Source of the DNA: Octopus sinensis
Lineage: Eukaryota
Direction: 5' to 3'
Assembly: GCF_006345805.1 (NCBI RefSeq)
Contig: NC_043023.1
Location: 12,152,001 to 12,216,000 of the forward strand
Length of the DNA stretch: 64,000 nt
Under the pieces are notes generated by a model. The model was not told the origin of the DNA, made no database searches, and saw nothing but the letters and a program-made list of their open reading frames with translations. Within the stretch, counting starts at the first letter, position 1. The number at the start of each line of letters is the position of its first letter. The translations under genes were made by a program, and so were the position numbers. Shown here one piece after another: positions 12,256 to 24,869 of the stretch.

Positions 12256-12886
12256 TATCGACAGCACAAACAAACAAAACGGAACACAGTGTAAATAACA
12301 GACAGAGTGAAAACTATTGAAAAGGTTGCAAGACGAAACGAAAATTTTAGGGAAACAAAAATAATAAGTGCAAATTTTATCGGTGAGTGTGTTAAATAAT
12401 AAGGCACTAAAAGAGAATGACTCTCCCCAGACACAACAGAATTAATTAATGTGGTAGTCTTCAACCGTTCCCCTCACCTTTTACTAATCAATAATGACAC
12501 ATTACTTTCATTTTACCAATTAATTTCCTTTATATCACATATAAAAGTCGATCATAGGTTTTCCTAAACAACAGATCAACATTTCAGTTTGGAAGTTATT
12601 AATTAAGACGAGCAAATTATATTTTCCTAATTGTTGTCAGGTTCCCGCTTCGAAAAATAATTACTGTAATATCGAGAGAGTTACATAATTCTATTCTTTA
12701 CATTATCATTATTAGCATTATTATCACTGTTACAGCCTTAAAGTAAATCTTTATCAACTTACCGTATTCAGACTTAAACAGCGAATCAATGATCAGTAAT
12801 TAAGCACCTTAATTAATAATTTAATTGGTGGCGGCAAAGTGGAGTTGAAGTTATTTCCCTTTGTAAAGTTGTATTCCTTCAATTCT

Positions 12887-12905
12887 CCAATAGATGGCTC
12901 TACTG
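12887..12905. promoter_or_regulatory. Conserved CTCF-like element near ZF2 first exon
   Basis: CCAATAGATGGCTCTACTG, 124 bp upstream of donor at 12763. Confidence 0.55.
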
Positions 12906-13014
12906 ACTGCTTGGTTTCGTTCCGGTTTTTAATTAATCCCAATTTCTTCAAATTTCATTAGATTATTTTAATAAAATGTACTCATATATTCTGCTATAAA
13001 ACTCTACTAGGTAC

Positions 13015-13490
13015 GGATCTTTTCGGTTTGAACGGCAGTTTTTTTAATTAAGTGTTTAGTTACTCTTTACTCTCATACTTGTTCCAGTCATTTGACTGCG
13101 GCCATGCTGCAGCACCGCCTTTAGTCGAGCAAATTGACCCCAGGACTTATTCTTTTGTAAGCCCAGTACTTATTCTATCGGTCCCTTTGGTCGAACCGCT
13201 AAGTAACGGGGACGTAAACACACCAGCATCAGTTGTCAAGCAATGCTAGGGGGACAAACACACACACGTATATATACATATATAACGGGCTTCTTTCAGT
13301 TTCCGTCTACCAAATCCACTCACAAGGCTTTGGTCGGTTCGAGGCTATAGTAGAAGACACTTTCCCAAGGTGCCACGCAGTGGGACTGAACCCAGAACCA
13401 TAAGCTTGGTACACAAGCTACTTACCACACAGCCACTCCAGTGCCTACGTGGAAATTATTTAAAAGAACTGCCGTCCAAACAGAAATGCG
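13015..13490. mobile_element. Mini GGATC MITE interrupted by SINE-A (minus strand, about 13060-13447)
   Basis: MITE TIR at both ends; SINE-A head GGCACTGGAGTGGCTGTGTGG on minus strand with ...AAAGAG tail. Confidence 0.75.
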
Positions 13491-13618
13491 AATAAATATG
13501 ACACCCAACAGAATGGGCGATTATGAGCGGAATAGAGAAGCGGTATTAATTAGATCAGGATCAAGTGGAGAGGAGGGACAATAATTGGAAAAGAGAGGAA
13601 ATGCTGCGGGGGAGGGAA

Positions 13619-13643
13619 CCGGAAGAGCAACGGCATGACGTCA
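13619..13643 (+). promoter_or_regulatory. ETS-like CCGGAAG plus CRE TGACGTCA, putative ZF3 promoter
   Basis: CCGGAAG 13619-13625 and TGACGTCA 13636-13643 in a CpG-richer patch between divergent ZF2 and ZF3. Confidence 0.4.
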
Positions 13644-14203
13644 CGTCAGGATGCCACACCCTCAAGACGGATTATTTCATAAGGTATTTGCGGTGAAGTC
13701 ATGAGCAGGAAACGGTCGTAGGATAGAATATGTGTGTACACTTTGTTATAATAATCTGGTGGAAATTTGGAAGTGAAGTTGTTGACTGAATGCGACGAAG
13801 AAAAAGACCGGAACGAATTCAACGGATCTTTTCGGTTTGAACGGCAGTTTTTTCTAGCGGTGTGATATGAAATTATGACCCAGGGCCAGCAATGTTTCAT
13901 TCAGGCGGGACCTGAGTATTTCTCGAAGAGGATAAAAGGCGAATTCGGCCGCGGTCTTATTTGAGCTTGCCGCCGAGTGAATAAAAATAATGACGATGAT
14001 AATCCTTTCTACCAGAAGCACAAGGTGTCGGAAGAACATGTCCCTTCTATGTTAGCCCCTGGGGGGGTAATTAAGAAATCATTCCGATGAGATCCACTTT
14101 CATCCTTTCGGAGTCGTTCAACGTCTGTTTTCAAAGCTGGCATGGGTTGGACGGTTTGACTGAGGCCTGGCAAGCCAAGGAGGCTGCACCAGGCACTAAA
14201 TTG

Positions 14204-14612
14204 GGATCTTTTCGGTTTGAACGGCAGTTTTTTTCTAGCGGTGTCATATGAAATTGTCACCCATAATTATGACCCTAGTATTGATCTATTGCATTTCAAT
14301 CTATTTTCGGGTTAGGGTTAGGGGTGAGGGGAAGGGAATCTTTTTTTCTTGACAAATGTAAATAAACCCAATCTGTTTCTTAAATGAGGGACATATTCAT
14401 ACGGCACAGAATGTTTTCACCTCAATAGACGTCATTGATTGATTGAAATTGAAGAAAAAAAACAACAATTATTTTACAAACTATAGAATTTTCTCAATAA
14501 AGCCAAGAGAAAAAGATGTTTCATAAACACATTCTACCAGTATACGAAGTTTAAAAGTGTTTAGTTATGTGGAAATTATTTTAAAAAACTGCCATTCAAA
14601 TGGAAAAGATCC
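14204..14612. mobile_element. GGATC-family MITE inserted in SINE-C
   Basis: TSD CTAAATTG / CCAAATTG (7 of 8); SINE-C sequence continues on both sides. Confidence 0.85.
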
Positions 14613-14859
14613 CCAAATTGATCTTGTAATATTTCTAGAGCTGGATGCACTTCCTAACACCAACCACTCTGAGAGTGTAGTGGGTGTTCTTTACATGCCA
14701 CTGACATCAACCAAGTTCGAATCGTGCTTTTTACATGCCACCGGCACAAGATCCAGTTGAGGCAGCAAAAGGCTCAATGCCTCAATGAATTCTGACCCCT
14801 GCAAATATTGACGTTAAATGACTGAGAGTGTTTAAGGGGTTGATGTCGTACATTAGTAT

Positions 14860-15190
14860 GCCCGGCGAAATACTTAGCGATATTTCGTCTGTCGCTACAG
14901 TTTTTAGTTCAAATTCTGCCGAGGTCAACTTTGCCTTTCATCCTTTCGGGGTCGATAGATTAAGTATCAGTTACACACTGGGGTCAATATAATCGACTTA
15001 ATCCGTTTGTCTGTCCTTGTTTGGCCCCTCTGTGTTTAGCCCCTTGTGGGCAGTAAAGAAATAGGTATTTCGTCTGCCGTTACGTTCTGAGTTCAAATTC
15101 TGCCAAGGTCAACTTTCCAGGGCAATAAATTATGTACCAGTTGCGTACTAAGGTTGATCTAATCAACTGGCTCTCTGCCACCAAATTATG
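14860..15190 (+). mobile_element. SINE-B
   Basis: Family core and tail recognisable. Confidence 0.7.
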
Positions 15191-15709
15191 GGCCTTGTGC
15201 CTAGAGTAGAAAAGAATATTTGCAATGTTGAATTGCTATGTCATTTAACTATCCTCTTTATCTCACTGACTCTTTTTTTCTGTTTCAGAATATCACATTC
15301 TGTTGACATAAAAGAAATTACTTCATTCAGATGTGCCTTTGATGTTTTTATCAACTTTTATTGACTAAAGGAAGACGATATATTTATAAGGAGCATTCAT
15401 CAATACATCTACGTTTTTATATAAAGAAAGTCTATAACAAAATATGGTGAGATATTTCTTCTGGACGATGGAATTAACAGCAACAATTTGAAGTCTTTGC
15501 TGTCTGGAATATAGAGGAGATGATTGCTTTACAGGTTAATCAAGCTTGGATGACTTTACAAAGGCATAGACAATTGTCACCTCCTGATTTAGATATTAAG
15601 CAAGATCTCAGCTGAAAGAAACGGCATTAAATTATTCCCTAAAAATAGTGACAAAACTGAACACAAACATTCTCATAGAAATGAAATAAACACTATCATT
15701 GTGATATTT

Positions 15710-16264
15710 ATGACAGATTATCCTCTCATGATGAATCCTTTAACTGAAGCAAATAACCCTGATACAGGTGAGAAACCATATCACTCTAATACCTGTAGTG
15801 TATCATTCTGTCAGAGTGGTGTCTTGACTATACATGAACATAAACATACAGAAGAAAAGCCATACCATTGTGATATCTGCGGTTAATCATTCTCTAATAG
15901 TAGCAACTTAATTAAACACAACCGTACACATACAGGAGAGATACCCTATCATTGTGATATCTGAGGTAAATCGTTCTCTCAAAGTAGTATTTTAAGTGAC
16001 CACAAATGTACACATACAGGTGAGAAACCACACCATTGTGATACCTGTGGTAAATCATTCTCTTTTTGTAGTGAATTGACTAAACACAAATATACACATA
16101 CAGGTGAGGAGCCATATCCTTGTGATATCTGTGGTAAATCATACTTCAGAAATAGTCAGTTGACTATTCACAAACCTGTTCATACAGGAGAGAGGCCATA
16201 TCATTGTGGTAAATCATTCGCTCAAAAAGGTCACTTAAGTAGACATTTGAGTATTCATACATAA
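15710..16264 (+). pseudogene. ZF3: C2H2 zinc-finger pseudogene (about 6 degenerate fingers)
   Basis: Acceptor at 15288/15289 and family leader present; in-frame TAA (15884-15886), TGA near 15962, lost Cys/His ligands, deletion in last finger. Confidence 0.85.
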
Positions 16265-16520
16265 GTGTAAAACTATCAATATAAAAATTTATTACAACAT
16301 ATCAACAATTATGAGTTTTTTGTCTTCTACCAGACAAGGTGTCTCCCTCTTCAAGCTTCATGTATTCAACTTCAATTTCATGAATATCAACTTCAGTATC
16401 ATGGATATATCTAAATATATCAACACAGTGAGAACTTTGATGTTTGAAGATGATTGTGCTGGAGTTTTTGAAGAACTTGTTAGGAGAGAATAAAGGAATG
16501 GGAATAAGGAATAAAAGTTT
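16265..16520 (+). terminator. Conserved ZNF 3'-UTR block with tandem AATAAA
   Basis: GAGAATAAAGGAATGGGAATAAGGAATAAAAG; homologs after ZF6, ZF7, ZF8, ZF9. Confidence 0.65.
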
Positions 16521-16669
16521 TAAGTGACATTGATTTGGTCTTTGTTGTGTTTTCATCATCATCATCATCCTTTGACCTTCATGCTCCTACCTCGTTTAAA
16601 CAGTTAAACATCAATGTAGAGCTGTGGATAGGTCCCCAATGTAACCACAGTGTACACTGACATATATCA

Positions 16670-17030
16670 TCATCATCATTTAGCATCCGTTTTCCATGCT
16701 AGCATGGGTTGGACGGTTCAACTGGGGTCTGGGAAGCCAGAAGGCTGCACCAGGCCAGTCAGATCTGGCAGTGTTTCTACAGCTGGATGCCCTTCCTAAT
16801 GCCAACCACTCTGTGAGTGTAGTGGGTGCTTTTTACGTGCTACCGACACAGGTGCCAGACCAGACGAGGCTGGTGAACAGCCACGCTCGGATGGTGCTTT
16901 TTACCTGTCACCGGCACGGAGGCCAGGCGAGGCTGGCAACAGCCACGATCGGGTGGTGTTTGTTACGTGCCACCGGCACGGAGGCCAGTCGATGTAGCGC
17001 TGGCTACGGCCACGTTCGGATGGTTCTCTT
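16670..17030 (-). mobile_element. SINE-C
   Basis: (CAT)n tail on plus strand and family core with internal GTGCCACCGGCAC repeats. Confidence 0.75.
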
Positions 17031-17419
17031 ATATACTTACTAAATTATAAACGAATTTATCCTTCAAATTATGCATACATCCAGAAATAACTGTCTTCAC
17101 ATTCATAAAGAACTACACTCACTGCACGTATTCCACTGTTGACTGTAGACTCCATATGTATTTCTTTACTTCTTTTAATCAATGTATTTCTTTACTTGTA
17201 GACTCCATATGATGTGAACCACTTTACAGAGTGTGTTGGATGCTTTTATGTGGCACCACACAGACACTTTTATATGCTACCACAAGGGCATTTTTACGTG
17301 ACACCACATGAATGCTTTTACATGAACCACGCTGGCACGTTGCTGCACAAGTGCTACTCCCCGTCTCCAAACAGGGACTTTTACATGGTACCACCATGGG
17401 TACTTTACACAACCACATC

Positions 17420-17680
17420 TTCTTGAGTACATCCAGGTCCTTTCTCATCTCACCTGAAAGGTTGAGAATCCTGAGGGTTGTTCTTCAGTATTTCATCCCA
17501 TGTCTTCCTGGCTCTCCCGTTTCCATCCACTGAGAGACCAGCACTTCTTTATGAAGCTGTCAGCATCACATGACCAAACCATTGCAGTCTCCTCTCTTGC
17601 ACGCAGCAACAAATTCCTCTCATGCCTAACTTCTCTCTCAAATATGTACACTTACATAACACATCCAGTGGAGCATACTA
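17420..17680 (-). mobile_element. RTE-type LINE 3' ORF fragment
   Basis: Minus-strand translation gives QERRLQWFGHVM ... GRARKTWDE, typical of RTE RT C-terminus. Confidence 0.6.
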
Positions 17681-18519
17681 ACCTATAAAGGTTATTTTAA
17701 CGTAACGATATACTTGGTAAAATCATTAATTAATTGATTCATTAATATATATATATACATATATAATTTCAATATGGAGCAAATAATTTATCATCATCAT
17801 CATCATCATCGTTTAACGTCCGTGTTTGCACGGGGTCTGCACCAGGCTCCAGTCTGATCTGGCAGTGTTTCTACAGCTGGATGCCCTTCCTAACACCAAC
17901 CACTCCGTGAGTGTAGTGGGTGCTTTTTACGTGCCACCAGCACAGAAGCCATTTAAGGCGGCGCTGGAATCGGCCACATTCGGATGGTGCTTTTTATGTG
18001 CCACCGGCACAGGGGCCAGGCGAGGCTGCCCAAAAGTTGAGAGAAATTCGTTGTTTTATCAATTTGTTCCACAATTTCCATAATAAAGATATCATCATCA
18101 TTTAACGTCCGTTTTCCATGCTAGCATGGGTTGGACGGTTCGACCTGGGCCTGGTAAGCCATAGAGGCTGCACCAGGCTCCAGTCAAACCGTCCAACCCA
18201 ACTAGCATGGAAAACGGATGTTAATTGATGATGATGATGCAAACAATTTTCTTTCTCTAGGAATGTCTTACCAAAGCGAGTTTCATTTTTGCACTATTAT
18301 CAATTGGTGATTGTAGATATATTCACTTGCTTATGTACTAATGCTCTTGGTTTGTTATTTTATTATTCTAGTACTTTTCCCTTCTGGAAGTCCAGCTGTC
18401 TCTATGGAAACTTCATTGTTTTTAAACATAGGAGAAATAATACAGGCTTAGACGGAAACCTTATTTCTGCGATACAAAGAAGGAAACACCAAGTGATGAT
18501 ACTTGACCGCTATCTATCT

Positions 18520-19060
18520 TATCAGCTCAGTCAAAGTCGACTCTTGGTCACACGTTGGATCAGTGTCCTCCAGTCAGTTCTATCCTGGGCTGCTTCTTTC
18601 AGATTGGCTATGTCCATTCCGGTATCACTCTTGATGGTGTCAAGCCAGCAGGTTCTTGGTCGGCCTCTTCCTCTCTTGCCACTGACCATTCCATAAATAT
18701 AATATCTATCTATCCGCTCAGTCAAAGTCGACTCTCGGTTACTTGTTGGATCAATGTCCTCCAGTCAGTTCTATCCTGGGCCACTTCCTTCAGATTGGCT
18801 ATGTCCATTCCTGTATCACTCTTGATGGTGTCAAGCCAGCCGGTTCTTGGTCAGCCTCTTCCTCTCTTGCCACTGACCATTCCGAGCATGATGTCCTTCT
18901 CCAGGGATTTTCTCCGCATAATATGACCAAAATATGCCAATCTATGCTTGGTGATCCTAGCTTCTAGCGACAGTTTCGTCTTGATCTGGTTAAGAAGTTC
19001 TCCATTGGTAAGCCTCGATGTCCATGGAATCAGTAAAAGTCTTCTCCAACACCAAATTTT
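18520..19060 (-). mobile_element. RTE/BovB-like LINE 3' fragment with duplicated end
   Basis: LAYFGHIMRRKSLEKDIMLGMVSGKRGRGRPRT.WLDTIK ... DRTDWR; last about 180 bp present twice. Confidence 0.85.
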
Positions 19061-19110
19061 TAATGCACTATCATTAAAAATTATTATTCTGAAACTGACT
19101 TATTGGAAGT

Positions 19111-19153
19111 CCACCTGAAGATTGTCGATCAAGACAAGAAACAATTGTAGTGG
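19111..19153 (+). ncRNA. Type I hammerhead ribozyme motif (HHR-a)
   Basis: CCAC CUGAAGA UUGUC-GAUCAA-GACAA GAAA C-AAUU-G UA^ GUGG: both core boxes, helix I 4 bp, helix II 5 bp, palindromic helix III. Confidence 0.75.
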
Positions 19154-19361
19154 CGGTTTTTTTGACTATTTATAAAAATTTTATGTATTGATTAAGTCTT
19201 TCCTTGTTTGTTTTGCAAAATAGTGGTTTTGTCTCTAATAATATTTTATAATATTTTACTATAAAATTGGATTTAATCCTAAATCTGATTTTTTCCCTGT
19301 AAATTTGGATTTATTCCCTAATATTTATTATTTATATATATGTTTATATAATTATTTATCC

Positions 19362-19808
19362 TATGAAAGGGCACCATTCGAGCGTGATCATTACCAGCGT
19401 CGCCTTACTGGCACTTGTGCCCCGTGCTAGTAGGGTGCAAAGAGCACCATCCGAGCGTGATCGTTTCCGGAGCAGCCAACTGGCTTCCATGCCGGTGGCA
19501 CATAAAAGGGCACCATTCGAGTGTGATCGTTACCAGCATCGCCTTACTGGCACCTGTGCTGGTGGCATGTGTAAAAGGATTCGAGCGAGGTCATTGCCAG
19601 TACCGCCTGACTGACCCCCATGCCGGTGGCACGTTAAAAGCACCCACCACACTCTCAGAGTGGTTGGCATTAGGAAGGGCATCCAGCTGTAGAAACTGTG
19701 CCAGATCAAGATTGGAGCCTGGTGCAGCCATCTGGTTCACCAGCCCTCAGTCAAAATCGTCCAACCCATGCTAGCATGGAAAGTGGACGTTAAATGATGA
19801 TGATGATG
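19362..19808 (+). mobile_element. SINE-C with internal tandem repeats
   Basis: Three GGGCACCATTCGAGCGTGATCG-type units then core and (TGA)n tail. Confidence 0.75.
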
Positions 19809-20682
19809 ACACGAATGAAGTCTCTGTTGAGACAAGTGGACTTTCGGAAGTGAAAAGTACTAAAATGGTAAAACAAACCAAGAACATTGGTACGTAAGGA
19901 TGCAAAGAACATCCAGAATCATCAATCGATAATAGAGCAAAACTGATGCCCACTTCGATAAGATATCAGCCTCGAATTACATTCTATTGAGAGTAAGAGT
20001 GAGAGAGTGTTTGTGAAAGAGACAGAGAAAGATGGAGATGATGAGAAAGAGAAAAAAATGTGGTAGGTCTCTCCATGTTCGAAAGGTTGACAAAAATCAT
20101 GGTGGGGTTGAGAATAAGAATCTCCTCCAAAATGTTTATTCTCAGTTTTCTGAAAATAATCTCAATCTGGTACATTTGAAAACTCAACTCTGTAAAGTTT
20201 AATTTAAAGAAACCATTATTGAAAAGCTAACAAGGAATCAGTCTGGCGTGGGGCACTAAACTGTACATATGCCTTATGTTCTTCCTTTGTGGTCGCTTCT
20301 CTTTTGTATCCGGGGGAAAGGGGGGGTCATTGTTTATGTAGATATTGACAACTTTACAATATTCCTGAGTATAAAATAATTAACAACTTATGTCATTGTA
20401 TAACGTATTTAATGAGTGAAGCATTCAAAATACAATAAACAATAAATATACTGTAATTACAAGATGCAATATACAAGAAAGAATAATGTGTGGGGGTGTG
20501 AGGAGGAGGAGATTTGGTATAAGAGGTCCTTACAACCTGGAAAGGAAACTGCATGAGTGGTCAAGGATGGAGTGTGAGGTGAATATTGCAAACAACAAAA
20601 CAAAAAAACTTTAAAACTTTAATGATAATTTCTATTGCATAAAACACTTTCTGTGTTTTAAACAAATATAGCAAAGAAGACA

Positions 20683-21990
20683 CTACACACACGATCCTTT
20701 TGCTTTCTCTCCTGTATGAAGATGTTTGTGTCTTCTGAAGTTACTCTTATCAGAGAATGATTTACCACAAATATCACAATGATAAGGTGTCTCTCCTGTA
20801 TGAATATGTTTGTGTATAATTAAGACACTATTTTGAGAGAATGATTTACCACAGATGTCACATTGATATGGTTTCTCTCCTGTATGAGTACGTATGTGTG
20901 TAGACAAGTGACCACTTTGAGAGAATGATTTATCACAGATATCACAATGATATGGCTTTGCTCCTGTATGAATACGTTGGTGTGACTTCAAGATATAATT
21001 TTGAGAGAATGATTTACCACAGATATCACAATGATATGATCTCTCTCCTGTATGAATATGTTTGTGTATGGTTAAAACATTGTTTCGAGAGAATGATTTA
21101 CCACAGATATCACAACGATATGGTTTCTCACCTGTATGAATACGCATGTGTGTAGATAAGTGACCACTTTGAGAGAATGTTTTACCACAAATATCACAAT
21201 GATATGGTTTCGCTCCCGTGTGAGTACGTTTGTGTGACGTTAAGATATAATTTTGAGAGAATGATTTACCACAGATATTACAGTGATATGGTTTCTCTCC
21301 TGTATGAATACGACTGTGTTTTGTTAATGCAGTATTTTCAGAGAATGATTTACCACAGATATCACAATGATATGGTTTTTCTCCTGTGTGAGTACGAGTG
21401 TGCTTTGTTAACGCAGTACTGTCAGAGAATGATTTACCACAAATATCACAACGATACTGCTTCTCGCCTGTATGAATAGTCTTGTGTATAGTTAAGACAT
21501 TATTTTGGGAAAATGATTTACCACAGATATCACAGTGATATGGCTTCTCTCCTGTATGAATATATTTGTGTTTAGATAAGTGACTACTGCTAGAGAATGA
21601 TCTATCACAGATATCACAGTGATATGGTTTCTCTCCCGTATGAATACGTACATGTGTAGATAAGTGAATACTTTGAGAGAATGATTTACCACAGATATCG
21701 CAGTGATATGGTTTCTCCCCTGTATGGGTACGTTTGTGTCTAGTTAAGTGACTGCTTTGAGAGAATGATTTACCACAGATATCACAATACGATCTCTCTG
21801 CCTTATGAGTACGTTTGTGCAAAGCAACGTCACTACTTTTAGAGAATGATTTACCACAGATATCACAGTGCAATGGTTTCTCTCCTGTATGAATATGTTT
21901 GTGTCTAGATAAGTTACTATCCTTAGAGAATGATTCACCACAGGTATCACAATGATACACTTTCTCACCTGTATGAGTATGTTTGTGCAT
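20683..21990 (-). CDS. ZF4: C2H2 zinc-finger protein, 15 fingers after the ATG
   Basis: 435-aa ORF of tandem fingers; one more intact finger lies upstream of the ATG. Intron 22447-23828 (GC|GTAAGT donor, TTTCAG acceptor). Confidence 0.92.
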   Translation of the reverse strand: MHKHTHTGEKVYHCDTCGESFSKDSNLSRHKHIHTGEKPLHCDICGKSFSKSSDVALHKRTHKAERSYCDICGKSFSQSSHLTRHKRTHTGEKPYHCDICGKSFSQSIHLSTHVRIHTGEKPYHCDICDRSFSSSSHLSKHKYIHTGEKPYHCDICGKSFSQNNVLTIHKTIHTGEKQYRCDICGKSFSDSTALTKHTRTHTGEKPYHCDICGKSFSENTALTKHSRIHTGEKPYHCNICGKSFSQNYILTSHKRTHTGAKPYHCDICGKTFSQSGHLSTHMRIHTGEKPYRCDICGKSFSRNNVLTIHKHIHTGERSYHCDICGKSFSQNYILKSHQRIHTGAKPYHCDICDKSFSQSGHLSTHIRTHTGEKPYQCDICGKSFSQNSVLIIHKHIHTGETPYHCDICGKSFSDKSNFRRHKHLHTGEKAKGSCV

Positions 21991-22599
21991 AATTAGGTTG
22001 CTTTTTCGAGAGAAGGACTTTGTACAGATATCACAGTCATATGATCTCGTCTATTTTCTCATGTGTTCAGGGGAAAACCAATTCTATAATTTTCTCTCTC
22101 TTTTCTATTACTTTTCCTCTCAAATCCCAGTTAATATATTTTTCTTGCTTTCGTTTTTATACTTTACTCCTTACGTACACTTCTGCTGCTGTATTTCTGT
22201 CCAGTGTTACCGTTGTTTAGCAACACTTCCATAAATTTATCCAACTTTAATCAGCACGCAAGCACTTTTTCCTGACATTCCAGTCAGAGATGCTCAGAAA
22301 TGTTGCTAATATTATTATTCCAGAGCAAATATTTTTCAAGAGACAGATTGGTAGAAACAATGTTATATATCCGTTTTGTATAATATTTTCCTTTAGTCTT
22401 TAAAACCTTGTAGATATTTAGGATTCTTCTTCTGTCATCTGATGTTCTGAAATTATAGAGAAACAACAGCGTAAAATGTAGAGGCTACTTAAAAAATACA
22501 GATTCAATCCTATGGAGATAAACTGTAGAAAAAAACATTTACCTTAACAAATGACGATTTCTTAAGGTAAATTTTATATGACACCGCTAGAAAAAATGG

Positions 22600-22995
22600 G
22601 AGTTTTTTCTAGTGGTGTCAAATGAAAATGTCACCCACAATTATGACCCTAGTATCGATCTATTGCATTTCAATCTCTTTTAGGGTTAGTTGTGGGGGAA
22701 GGGTATATTTTTTTTCTTTAGAAATGTAAATAAACCCAATCTGTTTCTTAAACGAGGGACATTTTCATACGGCACAGAATGGTTTTTTTTTTTTTACCTC
22801 AATAGAGGTAATTGATTGGTTGAAATTGCAGAAATTGAAGAAAAAAACCCACAAATATCTTACAAACCGTAGAATTTTCTCAATAAAGCCAAGAGAAAAA
22901 GATGTTTTATAAACACATTCTACCAGTATACGGAGTTTAAAAGTGTTTAGTTACCTAGAAATTATTACAAACTGCCGTTCAAACCGAAAATATCC
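22600..22995 (-). mobile_element. GGATC-family MITE in ZF4 intron
   Basis: Reverse complement of the 400-bp form, left end rearranged. Confidence 0.75.
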
Positions 22996-23221
22996 GCAAA
23001 ATATTATGTAATTTGTGTAAAAAAATTATAGATATTTAAAAAAAAACCTTAGTTTGTTCATAAAAATTAATTGCTTTGCGATTTAATCGCGCATGCGCGA
23101 ATCAAATCATATGCATACGCCAAAGTCGTTGTAGGATCGACTACTTACGACTAGCTAGCGCGGATACGCGAATGCGCGCATCGGGACCACTCTTCGCTAG
23201 CAGTACCGAGATCGATAGTAA

Positions 23222-23395
23222 GGTACTATTTAAGAACAGTGGTTCCGGTGCGCGCACTCGCTAGTCGTGACTGGTCGATCCTACAATGACTACCAAGCAA
23301 ATTAAATAAAACACAAAGGATGGATCAACTAGTCAAGACTAGCTAGCGCGGACATGCGAGTGCGCGCCCCGGGACCATTCTTCTTATATAGTACC
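23222..23395. mobile_element. CpG-rich GGTAC-family MITE
   Basis: TIRs GGTACTAT...ATAGTACC; 9-bp TSD CGATAGTAA at 23213-23221 and 23396-23404; adjacent half copy at about 23075-23207. Confidence 0.8.
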
Positions 23396-23544
23396 CGATA
23401 GTAATACTGAGAAACAATCGATAAACTAAAATAAAGCACTGATTTCCAGACATTTCAGTGGTTGGAAAGTATTTGAGAATATTTCTCAAACTAAAACACA
23501 CAACGATGTAACCATGCAACAACGGACAGGGCAGAAGGTAGCTT

Positions 23545-23735
23545 CCATAGCTAGAAATAGCATCCAAAACCCGCACAATTCATAGACATCTGTCTCCCAT
23601 AGCTAGAAATAGCAGCCAAATCCCACACAATTCAAAGACATCTCTCTCCCATAGCAAGAAATAGCAGCCAAATCCCGCACAAGTCTTAGACATCTCTCTT
23701 CCTTAGCTAGAAATAGCAGCCAAATCTTGCACAAA
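23545..23735. repeat. 52-bp minisatellite, about 4 units (ZF4 intron)
   Basis: ATAGCTAGAAATAGCAGCCAAATCCC... recurs every 52 bp (23599, 23651). Confidence 0.8.
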
Positions 23736-23975
23736 TGATTCATAAAAGAGAGAAGAGGAGCAAATAATTACGCGCCAAACACCGAAAATTAAAGAAAACA
23801 TTGAATCTTTTCATTGTTTAATACTTACGCAAATGTTTCATAGAGGACAGTGTTGTTTATATACGTGTGTATATGGCAGTTGAGAAATGCATTATAAGTA
23901 CGTATTTTAAGTGTTATAAATGTATTATTATTATTATCAGCTGATTAAAAGAAATTCATTCGAAGGACGTTTGAC

Positions 23976-24019
23976 CCGGAAGTCAACATCAAGTAGAAAC
24001 CACGTTCAATGCGCATGCG
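23976..24019. promoter_or_regulatory. ZF4 promoter: ETS site plus NRF1-like site
   Basis: CCGGAAGT 23976-23983 and TGCGCATGCG 24010-24019, about 150-190 bp upstream of donor; duplicated at ZF5. Confidence 0.65.
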
Positions 24020-24404
24020 TCTCAAAATAATACATCAAAGACTAATTATCTCCCTTCCACAAACAGTAGGTTCGATCCACAGCAACAATTAATCCATTCA
24101 TCGTGGGCCCCGTTTTTTAAAGTGTTGTTTATAGTTTAATAATCTTTCTTGACGCCAACCTCTTCCCTGCCTTTTATAGCATAGAGTGACATGCTTTCCT
24201 GTCGAAATTCCTTCTACGTATAACAGAAAATCACCAGTCAATGACTTTAGATTTATTCATACACAAAAACAAATATAATAGTTTGCACCAGCTGCATATT
24301 TGTTCTGCAGCTCTACACAAACTACTTCAATGGATATTCCAATTGTCATTCATCTCCCCGTTTTTCTCAAAGTCTTTCATTAGTTCTTCTCCAACTGCTT
24401 TTAA

Positions 24405-24869
24405 CCCTTTCATGACCAACCTGCCTGACACTGCCTCAGGCTCTGTAATACAAATGTCTTGTTTTCAAAAGATCTGAATTAAAATCTTCCACCAAACCTT
24501 AGTCACAATTTATGTTCCTAACACCAGCTTAATGATAACTAAGTTATTTTACAAAATTCTTTGTTATATTTAAAATTATTGAAAGAAACACAGAGCATCT
24601 CAAAAGAAATATGCTAACAAAAGGGTTAAAATATATAATACAGAAACAATTGTTAACCCATTTGATACCAGCCCTGCTGAATTTGCCTCTGTAGTACAAA
24701 TGTCTCGTTTTCAAAAGATCTGAATTAAAATCTTCCACCAAATCTTAATTGCAATTTGTTCCTTACTCTAGCTTAATGATGACTACATTATTTTAATAAT
24801 TCTTTGTTATATTTAAAATTAATTGAAAGAAACACAGAGTATCTCAACAGAAATATGGAAACAAAAGGC
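24405..24869. mobile_element. piggyBac-like MITE dimer
   Basis: Two about 215-bp units with CCC...GGG ends flanked by TTAA, joined by an AT spacer. Confidence 0.75.
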
